From NCBI GenBank assembly GCA_002269645.1, contig NIVC01000090.1, forward strand, positions 186,001-250,000: a stretch of DNA of 64,000 bases, read 5' to 3'. A program made the translations under genes and the position numbers. Source of the stretch: Macrostomum lignano. Lineage: Eukaryota. Positions 45,705-57,294 of this stretch are shown here, one piece after another. The notes beneath the pieces are model-generated. The model saw nothing but the letters and a program-made list of their open reading frames with translations, had not been told where the DNA came from and did no database searches. The first letter of the stretch is position 1. Every line of letters starts with the position of its first letter.

Positions 45705-48700
45705 ATGCTACTAATTGAGGACGCCTACGGCAGCCTCGATGAGGACGGGGGCGACGAGGAAACGTCTTCGACCACTGCGTCCACTGCAGCAGCCAATGCG
45801 GCGGCTGCGGCGATTGACGGCGCTATGTCGGCTAAACGACAGTTGCAGTTTATGCAATTGTGGGGCGAGCGTCGACAACAACTCGCTAGGACTGCAGACG
45901 AGCCGAAGCAACAGCAACAGCAGAAGCAGCCGCCAATGCCAGTTATCGTTGAAGACGACAAAAAGTTGACTGAGCAGCTAATAAACTCCCGAATGTTTAT
46001 TCCTAGCAGCGCGTGGCGCGGTCTCCCCGAGACTCAACAGTTGCCGAGCAATTATTCCACTCAGCCAAGCGGCAGCCAACTAGCAAACCAGAGCGACGCC
46101 AATCAGAAAGATTACGACGACGATGACGAGAACGACGATGCTGACGACAGCGCCTCTGATATGTCGTCCGAGGAAGACAGCAGCAAAGATAAACAGGAAG
46201 CCGACTGTCTTGCTAGGGCCGATCAGATCATTAGTGACGAATCCGCAGTCAGCGTCCAGTCTTTGTGCGAAGTTGCTGCGGCCGCTGCTGCTACCGCTTT
46301 GACAAGTGGTCGCGACGAAGCGTCGAACGGCCAGACGACGAAATCGTCGACAGCGGCGCCTGGGACGACGCTGCGAGAGCCGGCGGAAATCGCTGCTCTG
46401 CTGCAGAACATCCGCTTGGGCAGGCGGGAGCTGTACGCCGAAGATTCCTACGCTGTGCGTCTCGAGCGCGACATTCGAGCTGAGCTGCGCACCGAACTCG
46501 AAAGGCAGCAGCGTTTGGACGCTCGCCTCGATAGCTTGAGCATCGGCGATGAGACTGAAGCGGTCACAACTACGCCGGCGGAAGGTTGTCCGCAACCAAA
46601 CGTCTCAACGACTGCTTCCGTTCCGGTTCAGAGCCAACAACCAAATCAGACGACGAGTCAACAGGAGAGCGTTCTTAACAGTGTTGGCGTCGCTGCTTCA
46701 AGTCTGGCAATGCGAATCAAGCGACGCATCGGAGGTGGTACCGGCGTCGGTGGCGCTCGCGACAGTGGCGAACCAGCGCCGGCTCAACAGCAGGAGGAAG
46801 CTCGTCTAGATCGCGTCGCCGCCAAAAAGTCGCTGCAAGCGTCCACGGAGGCGGCCGCTAGAAAAAAGAAAAAGAAAATTGCAGCAGCGCCTCTGTTGAG
46901 ACGACGTGACATCAGAAGCAGCAGCAGCAGCAACAGCACTAGTGACAGCAGTAGCAGTGACAGCGATCCGCACGTCAACAACAGGTGTCTATGGCGCAAG
47001 TCTCGAGTGAGCAACTCGAACTTGAGCAATTCGAACAGCAGCAATGCCGCCGGTTCTGACAGTGGCTCCTCCAGAAGTTCGCAGCTGGACACCGGTGAGT
47101 TAGACAACAACCAACTAGCTGCCGAAGAGTCCAACAGTAGTTTACCAGCTAGGCGACCAGTTTTCCGAGCTCAAGATAAAGTAGCTCCATCGAAAAAGCC
47201 GGACAGTACCGCTCTGCCGGCCATCAGCGGCCGGGGTACAAAGCTTAACGTGTCCGAGTTCGAAGCCGATCCCAATCAGTCCGTGCACTTGGGCCACGTC
47301 TACCAATCGGTGGAGCAGCTTGAGCCGTCAGGAGCTGTTCGGATCCTCGATCCGCGTCAGATGCTTGCGGACCTGGACGGCGGCTGGCCGACGGACCAGC
47401 TGCAGTCGGCTCCGTCGAACTGCGAAGTGTCCAGCGACTCTGTTGCGTTCAAGCCGGAAGTTTCTTCCGCGACAGCTTCCTCGCGTTTACATAAATCTAT
47501 ACAATTTAGCACCAGTGCCACTGCTCAACCGAAGTCGTCTTCCACAACCTATTCGCCACAGTCTAATTATCGGCAGCCGCGTCATCAGCTGGCACAATGT
47601 GACCAGAAAAATCCGGAGCGTCGAGAGGAAGCCCTCGCTAAGCCGCGCAACACGTCCGCCGATCCTGCTAAGCTTCATGACAAGCGCGACGAGCGAGGCC
47701 GCACGAGAAGTCAGCTGATGCAGCAGTCTGACAAGAAATGGATTGACATCGAATTGCCAGGCATATTGGATAGGCCAAAAGTGTTGAAAAAATCTGAACT
47801 GCCCGTCGACGAAGTCGCTAAGCGAATCGTAGCGCATCGGCTGAGTCGGTCTAGCTATTTAGATAGTAGTCAGAGTGGCAGAACGGATGCCCGATCCCCG
47901 GCGCTCAATAAAACAAAACGGGAAAACAAAGACTTTGACGAGTCCAGCACGAACAGTAGCATGGATAGTGACGATTTGGACTTCCAGCGCAGGCGATTTA
48001 CCAGCGGTCATCACGGACGCATCAGCGTTACGAACTTTAAGGTAAAGATGGATGTTGTTAACAAAAAATGGCTTTGACTTTGAACTCCCTACTTAGAATC
48101 TGTTTCCCATAACTTGGCACATTTACAACAGAATGCTAGACCATTTAATGTACACGGTCTACTTCTAAAGATGGGATTAGGTTTTTTGTAAAATGTCAAC
48201 CAATTGTGTCTGCGTCGAGGGATATACGAGGTCTTCGAAGTAATAAAAATTAATACTAAATTATAACTTTTACCAAGTGACATATAAACCTAAAAGTTTT
48301 AATAACCAATTGAAACATTGTATTCGTCAAAACATTTTGAAGGCTCCAAATACGTTGACGAGTTTATCTCGACCGGGCACTCTGGCAACACCAAGTCAGC
48401 CATCATCTCAGGCTCATCAATTGCCACAGCAGAAAGACGCCAAGCGTTCGCCAACAGACAGTGACTGGCACAACCGAAACTCTTCAAATCGGGCACGACG
48501 TTTGAATCAGCATCGTCAGCTAGAGGTGACGGAGCTCAAACTGGCCATGCACAGCACCGAGCCGCACTTCTATTCCGATAGTCGCGAACCTTGCACCGGC
48601 GTATGCGGCGCCAGCTTTGTGCCCGTGTCGCGCCGGTGTCGCCAAGCTGTGCTGGTTCAGTCGCAGGCGGTTCACTCGGATCTGCAGCTCCGTCGGGTTC

Positions 48701-50270
48701 AAGTCAACCCCAGGGCTAGGCGTAAGAAATCTCTGCCGCCAGTTGGCAAGCGCCAGACACAGGCCCCCGGTGACCAGTCGTCGGATTTGAGCAACAATAA
48801 CAGCAGCAGCGGCGGAGCTAGCGACAGAGGCGACGCCCGAGGGAATCATCAGAAGATCCTAGCGAGGTAAGCGCACATGTGCCAACGTAGCGAGAACTGC
48901 TGGTAGTAATAGAAGTAGTTGAACGCTACAGAATTATAAAAAAATCGAGTTTGAAATAGTTTCATTAAAATTATCGAATATTCAATTTTTACAGATTTTC
49001 TCCTCTCAAGATAATCTGTAGCGAAAGCAATGCATTTCGCAAAACATCGGTATAGAGAAAAGACAGTACATTTGTATTTTTCCTGCTTCCAATAGTTCTT
49101 AGAAAAACAGAAGCTTAAAAAAGCGAGAAAGAAAAGCAGTAGGGTGTCAGCGTCAGCCAGCAGGCAGGCAGGCAGTCAGTCATCAGCAGCACCTCATGCA
49201 CCGGCTGTGAGCAGTACAATTCGGCATGAATGATGTGGTCTTTTAGTGACTCTTTGTAAACCCTTTAACGGAATATTATTGGTGCAACAATAGAAAATTG
49301 ATTTTTTAATAAATCTTTTCCACCCACACACAACTTTAGTTGTCCAACAGGCTCCGAGTACTACAAAGGGTTGGTGTCAATGCTGCAACAGGACAAGCAT
49401 CTGCTAATCCGAAAGAAAATGGCCCGACCGATAAAAACGCATTGCAGCCAGCGCCGAGAGGAGCCGGCCACCATCGGGCACTGGCTTCGCCTGGGAAGCC
49501 TGCCAGAGCCGCAGAAACCAGCTGTCGCCAAGGTCAAACGGGTTCATCACGCCGACTCCAATCTGTGCCGTTGCAGCCGCCGTTGGCAGAATTCCCTGCG
49601 TCGTCGGCCTACTGAACAGCATATTGTCAATTTGAATTGTCTTAACTGGAATGTATCGCACTGCACGGAGACTGTCGAAAATCCTTCGCTAATGTCGGTT
49701 AGCGACACCGAACAGCAGTTGACTCAGTCTCGACAAACTGCACTGCTGTCATCCTGGATTGAGGCCGATCGAAATGACGTAACAAGCACAGTGACGGCCA
49801 ACTCAATCAGCTGCGGTCGGTGTGACTGCTCATCCACTGCCGGCTGTCTGTCAACATTCGACGCTGCCACACTGGGCAGTCGGTCGTCTTTCGACTTGAA
49901 ATTTGAGCCGACATTTAAATCGTTTGAGCAATTATCAACTGATCAGCTGGCACTGCCGCCAGTGCACGAGGCTGAGAATATTTCGTATCCGGGCTACTTC
50001 TACTGCACCAGTTCTATAGTGGAGAACAGTGTTAACGAGCCTGAAACTTTAAGTCTAACAAAGCGCGCAAGTAATTTGAAATTTGGCTACAGTCATCTGG
50101 TCTACTACATGCCAAATGTCACAGTTTGCAAGCGAGGAAGCGCCCCTGCCAGCTCACTAAAGTGGCAGTCGCACAAGCAGCGCAAACTCAAATTAGCCGA
50201 CTCTGGCGACTCCGCCGCACTTTTTGTCGCGTGCGAACTTCTTATTCCGACAAAAATCCAGCAATTCTGA
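45705..50270 (+). CDS. Large low-complexity (S/Q/D/A-rich) protein of unknown function, about 1263 aa, 3 exons
   Basis: Exons 45705-48041 (phase 0), 48343-48866 (phase 2) and 49340-50270. The joined length of 3792 nt is a multiple of 3 and ends at a stop. CpG-rich codon style like the neighbouring genes; no domain recognised. Confidence 0.7.
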
Positions 50271-51039
50271 CTGACACAAGTTTTCCTCAACGCTTGTGAA
50301 TTTAAAAAAAATACTTTTCGTTTTTGCTCATGATTTCGTTTTGGCCTTGATCTATGCATGTTTCAGTTTCCAAAACTGTTTACTTGAACTCGCCTTTGAG
50401 CTCTTGGAAGAGGAGGTGCAACAACATTAAAACTGATTGCTGCTTTGCGTTGCATTTTTCATTCCACTCGAATGTACTCGCTCTGCGTCCAGCGAGTGAA
50501 TTGCTTACGCAACGAATCAAACACGTAACTATCTGTCTGCAGTCTGCAGCCTCGCAAAAGATACGTCGAAACGTAACCTTATACTCAAAATTGAGGCAGT
50601 GTCACGCGGGGAAGGTGCCAGGAGATAAAATTATTGGCAAAATATACTCTTCCTTAAGGCCTTGACGCGCCAGGAAATCAAGCTGAATTTTATGAAGCAT
50701 TGAATTTTTTTAACTTTTTTGTTTGGCTAATATCGATCATTGGAACTTTTACCCTGTAAATCACCGGCTTTGTTTAATTAAGAGCATGCACACGCCAAAG
50801 GCTATTCAAATAGATTGTTTAGTATTATTTCTATTTTAGTTTAAAAGTATATTTTGTTACACAGTAAATGTGCTAAAAATGATAAAATAGATTCATAAAA
50901 CGATTCCAGATGTACCATTTTATGATTTTTAGACTCAGGACATGTACGTCGGGTATCAAATTAACACAAAATATCAATAAATGAACACATGGGTCTGCCT
51001 CCTATCAAAAGCAATTACAATAGCTATGTGCTGAAAAAA

Positions 51040-51200
51040 ATGAGCACCTTCACTCTCCGTTGTGTATTTTCGATAAAATCTGCCTCCTAAGTTTCCAAGA
51101 ACCGTATATTCCCATCATTCTACTTGAGTAACGGTTTGTTGCTTTTCGTCAGTGTTGGGCTTGCATTATCGAGAAAAGTAACTTTCATCAGCGGTACTTA
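51040..51200 (-). mobile_element. Possible decayed mariner transposase fragment
   Basis: Minus-strand FLDNASPT resembles the mariner (L)HDNARPH motif; stops follow. Confidence 0.3.
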
Positions 51201-52016
51201 CCCAATAGCGTTAGCCTAGAAATGAAAAACAGGCATTACATTTTGAAAATACTATATTTTCTCTGGCTCTATTGTTATTCCGTCAACCCTGTAAAATTAA
51301 CTATGGTCCGGAAATCTTTATGAAAAAGTAACCCGTTTACTAAGATACGATCAATGGATCAAGCCTTAGTTATTAACGGCTAACTTGCCCAAGACTGTTA
51401 CATATTATTAATTGATCAACTAATTAGCTATCTAAATTGTAAAGCTTTCTACTAATAGGCTTTCGTGTGAATTACTCCTCCAGATGAAGTGTCCAGTGTC
51501 ACTTTCTATACTACTAGAGGCTAACTTGAGCGCCCATTATAGAATACTAGACGGTCGTGCTGTTTTGAGCAAAAAGTCACGAATATGTAGAGCTATACTA
51601 TACTATAGTAGTGAGGCAGCAATCTGCCAAAGTATGCATACAGCCAAGAAGATACGACGAAAAGAAGATAATAAAATGTCGAACAATGGCTCGTGGGCAT
51701 TCTTTCCAAAGATGAAGAAACGTTGGGCAGTATGGTAGAAGAATTGTGGGGTACAGCTAAGAGACGCATGCAGACACTGTCATTTGCCGTGCGCTCCTTA
51801 GCGCACAGCAAAAAACAAAAACAGAGAGGAGTTGAACTATACAACTTCACGATAGAACTTGTGCGTCCACCCAAAAAAGAGCTGCCCACTTCAAATGAAG
51901 AAGCTTTACAATTTCATTCTGAACAGAAACTATTTATTACTCGCCGACTTAAGAGTAAAAGCAGCGGAACAGAATCTTCTATATTTGGCTTTGGGTGAAA
52001 ATTCCGACAGCGTCAA

Positions 52017-55000
52017 ATGCACGGTCGCGCCGGGGCTCCGTCGATTTTTGTCGATAGTCGACGCTCAACACTGCTAGGCAGTTTCCTTTGCTGCAGCAGC
52101 GATGAGCTCAAGCGAGCTAGTCGGGCTCAGCTGCGGAAGAGTCGCCTGCTGACCGCGCAGTCCGACGACCCGATCGCGGAAACGTTCGCCCAGAAGAAGC
52201 GACGCCAATTAGCCTCTGGCGAGCTGTACGAGGATCCGGAGTTTCCAGCGGAGGCGCACAGTCTGTTCCCGAATCCGGACGCGGCTGGTGACAAATCTTT
52301 GGACGATTTCGAATGGAAGCGCCCACGGGAGATAAGCTTGACGCCGAAGTTTATTAATAAATCGATGAGCAGATTTGATATTCGTCAGGGCGAGCTCAAG
52401 GACTGCTGGTTGCTAGCCGCCGTTGCCTCACTGTCCATGCATCGTCGCCTGCTAGAACGGGTGGTGCCCTCCGATCAGGGCTTTGATCGCGACTACTGCG
52501 GCATGTTCCGCTTCCGGTTCTGGCAATTCGGCGAATGGCGCGAAGTTGTCATCGACGATCGTTTGCCGACGAAGAACGGCCGATTGTGCTTCATGCGCAG
52601 CCAGGAGGAGAACGAGTTCTGGAGCGCGCTGCTGGAGAAGGCCTACGCCAAGCTGAATGGCAGCTACCAGGCGCTGGGCGGCGGCAACCAGGCCGAGTCC
52701 ATGGAAGACCTGACTGGAGGCCTGTGCGAGTCATTTGATCTGAGCCAACCGCCTGGGGATCTCCTGCAGATACTGTTTCAGGTAGTTTACTGTTTCAGAC
52801 AGTTCCTAGAGGGCTTTGAGCAACTGTCTAAAATCGAAGCGACAGTCGATATAAGCGGCCAACGAATTGGCAAGCAGCTACTATTATCATTCCGCTGAAC
52901 TCTAAGCTCACATGAGGACCGCTCGACGACCTCTAAAAGTTATGCTTCAGGCCTTTACACTCGTGTTCTATGAAAACTTATTTGAATGCAAGAAACTTGA
53001 CGGTTTTGAAGCAGTTAATCAATATATTGATTTCTTAACTTCTGCTTAGACTCCTAAGCTCAGAGCAGAGACCATCTCGCGCTACGACCCCCAACTGGTT
53101 CGATTCCGTGCGCGGGCGCATTCATCTGAGGCTTGTGCACGCCCCCAGCTGGGGTCGCCCCAAGGGAAAGAGTGTAAATTCCTGACGGATTACAGTCAAA
53201 GAGCCGCTGTACACCCTGTGTGAGCGTGTGCATGAGTGTGTGCCTGAGTGCAGTATTGGCTTAGCTTGTGTGTGCTCAGGAGCCAGCGGGATGGGCAGGA
53301 TTGCCTCTCCACTGGTCGTGGGACGATGTCGCCGAAGCCCTCCTGAGCTACGTTAGGGGGTCTTCAACAGACCATATTATTTTATTAACCCCTATGCAAA
53401 TTTAAGCATACTCATATGACCCGACTCTAGCTGGTTGGGTCAGCGCATTTAACCCGCTAGCGTTACGTTACCTGCAGCTGTAGATCGTTATGTACTGTAT
53501 TCCATATAACTTTAGACTTAGACTTCAAACTCTAATTTATTTAGGCCAGTCGCAGCCACTCGATGATGGGCTGCTGCATTGAAGGTGCCAGTCAGCAGCA
53601 GTCGGTGCTGCCTAACAAGCTCATCACCGGCCACGCCTACTCAATCACTGACGTTCAATATGTCACTATGCTAGACGGAAGTCGCCAGTGCCTCGTACGA
53701 TTGCGCAATCCTTGGGGCAACGAGTACGAATGGACAGGAGACTGGGGTGACCACAGTTCCACTTGGGACCGGGTCGGCCCGGCCGAGAAGCAACGCCTCG
53801 GCGTCGAAGTTGGCGACGACGGCGAGTTCTGGATGGCCTACGAAGACTTCGCCCGCGAGTTCACCCGCTTAGAGGTGTGCCGGCTCAGCCCCGAGGCGAT
53901 GTACGACGATTCCGGCGCGTCCGTTGATCCGAGAAAACGGAAACGACACTGGGAGATGAGTCTGGAGACTGGCGAATGGGTTGCTAACATCAGCGCCGGC
54001 GGCTGCAGGAACTTCATCGCCAGCTTCCACACTAATCCACAGTTCCGGGTGGAGATCCCAGCGCCGGATGATCACCAGGCAGCGGCGCAGGGAGAGACTA
54101 AACTGGGCACCATCATTGTGGGACTCATGCAGAAGGTGAGTCTATGTCGTTTAGTAGTCTTGCATATTGTAAGCTTCTATTTGATAAACACCTGACTTAA
54201 CCATCGTACAACTGCGCAACGCATATTCCCCGGATGTCACTTAGCACGATTGTTTGTGCTGACTCTTTCACAAGCCCATAAAGGGTTTTAAGGGTTGGTG
54301 TTGTATGAGGGTTCAAGAAATGTTAGAGTTGTTGAAGTTTTGGGGTGGTGAGGTTGACGCTCCTGGTGCTGGCGCCCCTGAAGCTCCTGGTGCTGAAGCC
54401 ACTGGTGCTGGCGCCCCTGGTGCTGGCGCCCCTGGTGCTGGCGCCCCTGGTGCTGGCGCCCCTGGTGCTGGCGCCCCTGGCGCTGGCGCCCTTGGTGCTG
54501 GCGCCCCTGGTGCTGGCGCACCTGGTGCTGGCGCACCTGGTGCTGGCGCACCTGGTGCTGGCGCCCCTGGTGCTCCTGGTGCTACAGCCCCTCCTGTCGC
54601 ACGATAGCACTCCTCGATAGCAACAGGTACTGGCACCCGGCCTGGCACTCCCCAAAGACGCAGCCTTCACCCCAATAAATAAATCCTTTGCTGGGCTTCT
54701 GCAGTTGACCAAAAGATATTTTAATTAAATTTCACAACACTCCAATAGGGGGGCCGTAGCCCAGCGGTGTGCCAGCGACCCAGGCTCGATTCCAAGTGCA
54801 GTCACATTAATTTGGGGCTGAATTGGAATCTCGACTTGGCTCTGCTCGTGCAATTAACGGCCTTGAGAGCCAACCCCCCAAGGCGCAGTGAAGTGTACAT
54901 GCCTAACGATAATATAAAGTTAGGGCCGCTGTACACTCCTGTGTGAGTGTGTGCCTGCGTACGTATCCGCGCGCTTGTGTGCCTGCTCAGGGGAGTCGGC

Positions 55001-57032
55001 GGAATGGGCAGTAATGCCTCTCGCCGGTTGTGTGCCTATGTCGCTTAAAGTGCGCCAGGGTGCACACAACCCCCCTGCCTCTAAAAAAAAACACTCCCAT
55101 TCACAATCAAGGGTGTACGAAGAGAAGCTGGCGGCGGTCACTTCAAGTCAATAGGCTACTGCATCTACAGTCTCACAAGTCGCGAGGCCGAGTCAGGAAC
55201 TCTGGATCAGCTGTTCTTCCGTACGCACCGATTCGTGGCCAAATCAATATTTGCGGATCTGCGCGAAGTCTGCAGTCGGCACCGGCTACCGCCAGGCTAT
55301 TACGTCATCATACCGTCGACATTTGCGCCGAACGAAGAGGCCCAGTTTATATTGCGAATCTTCTCAGAGAAGCCGAACCGAGCTGAAACGATGGACACGT
55401 GCAGTTGCATCAGCTGCGGACACGAGACCGGCTTAGCGCTGGTTGCCGGGCGCCAGTCGGTGCTGCACGCGGTTGTCGAACAGCCAACTGACCAGCTCTA
55501 TAAGGCCTTCATCAAGTTTGCTGGTGAGTTTGGCTACACATTTTATTTTGTGTGTATAGATCGGGGACAGATTTGCACAGATGCTCATGGCTACGGAATT
55601 TGGTGTAACTGACCAATTGGACCAGATTACCCCAGCTAATGCTGGCACCCATTTTACAGCTGGGTGAACTGAAGCAATGCAGAGTTAAGTGTCTTGCTCA
55701 AGGACCACATTCTTCTTAGTGGGATGGGGAATAGAAAAACCCAACCTTCAAGGCGCGAGCCCTATGCTCTAACCACTAGGCTACAACCTCCTTTTTGCGA
55801 AGACTCTAAACAATGCAATTACATGCAGCCATAGGGTCAATATACTCAATTTTGAGAGATTTTACTGAGAGATTTTATTGAGAGAGTAGTTAGTCAGTTT
55901 TAAGTTGTTTAGAACGAACTAGAATGAATTTTTGCTTAGTGATTACAGCGTCGGAAAAGTCGGGGGTTCGATTCTCGACAAACTTGAGCAAGACACTTAA
56001 CTCTGCATTGCTTCAGTTCACCCAGCTGTAAAACAGGTGTGGCGACCCCCCAGTCCTTGGACTGAACAGCCGTACGCAGCCTTCAGATGCGCCGCGCAAT
56101 AGCTGCGGCTGAGCTGTCGGTTGCACATCTGGCCCGCAGGTGTAATCAATTATTATTATTAGTATGATTATTATGGACAAGCATTCAAGCAAGCATACAA
56201 ACCTTAGAGATTTAGTATATTTAGATTGTCGGCAAACTCCGACCCGCGGGCCACGCGAATTAGCCTCTCTATCCGGCCATCGGGTCCTTTGAAACTTCAC
56301 AATCGCAATTCGGATCGGTCGAGGTTTTTGTGTCGCTGCTCTCCTCTCTCTTCTCTCCCCTCTTCTCTATCCCCTCTCCCTTTTCCTCATCTCTCATCTT
56401 CTATCGTCTCTCCTTTCCTCCTCTTATCTGGCCCGCAGTCCTGAGCTGGATTCTTCATCGTGAAGTAAAACTGTTTCCGACCCAATGGTTTAGAAGCTGT
56501 TTTAAAGAACCCATCGATCCAAACTGCATCACTAAACTTTCGCTCAGGTCCATCGCGCAAAATCAACGCCCGTCAACTGCAACAGGTGCTAAACGTAACC
56601 TACAGCAAGGAGATTAAAAGTTTTCAAGGCTTCAGTTTAGACACAGCTCGCAGTCTGCTAGCTCTGGTGGACGTTGACATGTCCGGCAGCATGGCTTACG
56701 AAGAGTTCAAACAGCTTTGGGGCCAGGTGAGACAGCTTCGCAAGGTGTTTAAAGAGTTCGACCCAGGAAGCACCGGCTACTTTGACGCATTCAAGCTGCG
56801 CGAAGCGTTAAAACTCGGTGGACTCAGTGTTAGCAACAAGGTTTATCACGCGGTAGCCGTGAGATTCACCGACCGAGACAAAGGCCTCGTAGGATTCGAA
56901 GATTTCGTACTGCTGTGCACTCGACTTCAAATTGCGTTCGAGTCTTTTAACGCCATGCCAAAATGCGACGAGCAGGGCTCTGTCGGGATGGTGAATCACG
57001 ACAACTATTTGGAACAGGCAATTTATAGCTGA
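52017..57032 (+). CDS. Classical calpain (CysPc protease, C2-like domain III, penta-EF-hand), about 750 aa, 4 exons
   Basis: Exons 52017-52781, 53545-54135, 55112-55523 and 56548-57032; phases 0, 0, 1 verified. Motifs LYEDPEFP, QGELKDCWLLAA, FWSALLEKAYAK, GHAYS, RLRNPWG, LREV..R.RLPPG.YVIIPSTF and EF-hand DVDMSGSMAYEEF. Confidence 0.93.
53052..53385 (+). mobile_element. tRNA-derived SINE (family 2) in calpain intron 1
   Basis: B-box GGTTCGATTCC at 53097. The central block gccgctgtacac..tgtgtgag.gtgtg and gcgg.atgggcag.a.tgcctctc is shared with 54748-55091. Confidence 0.65.
54355..54585. repeat. GC-rich 15-bp minisatellite (ggtgctggcgcccct) in calpain intron 2
   Basis: About 14 copies; stop-free in several frames (GAGAP / APGAP). 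Confidence 0.95.
54748..55091 (+). mobile_element. tRNA-derived SINE (family 2) with an A-tail and TSD
   Basis: A-box GTAGCCCAGCGG, B-box GGCTCGATTCC, A9 tail. Flanks aacactccaat (54736) and aacactcccat (55090). Confidence 0.8.
55623..55790 (-). mobile_element. SINE family 1 copy in calpain intron 3
   Basis: Nearly identical to 44805-44970 over ccccagctaatgctggcaccc.ttttacagctgg.tgaactgaagcaatgcagagtt. Confidence 0.8.
55945..56100 (+). mobile_element. SINE family 1 copy, inverted relative to 55623-55790
   Basis: ggttcgattctcgac...cttgagcaagacacttaactctgcattgcttcagttcacccagctgtaaaa. Confidence 0.8.
56225..56487. mobile_element. Decayed hAT-type MITE with a CT-rich core (family of 44063-44330)
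   Basis: gtcggcaaactccgacccgcgggcc ... atctggcccgcag ... gtttccgaccc. Confidence 0.65.
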
Positions 57033-57294
57033 TAGCCAACTTGAGTGTGTCAAATGTCATTCGCCATTAACCCACTGAAGTAGAAGGATCGTAATTCGTG
57101 CAAATTTCACTCATTGGGGAAATATCTACGTAGCTACATGTGATTTTTCTGACACCTGATTTGCAAGTTTGTTAACGACAGCCAAAGTTTTCAAAAAAGA
57201 GAAGCATAATTCGAAAGTGGCAGCGAGAAACTCTGGATGCACAGACTGTTGTGCTTTCTAAAATGGATTTTAGAAAGATTAAAACTCTAGTTAG

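Noticed and set aside
56586-56600. GTG at 56586 as the start of calpain exon 4
   Set aside because: Out of phase with the phase-1 donor at 55524; the acceptor at 56547 restores the frame and the expected AGPSRKINARQLQQVLN sequence.
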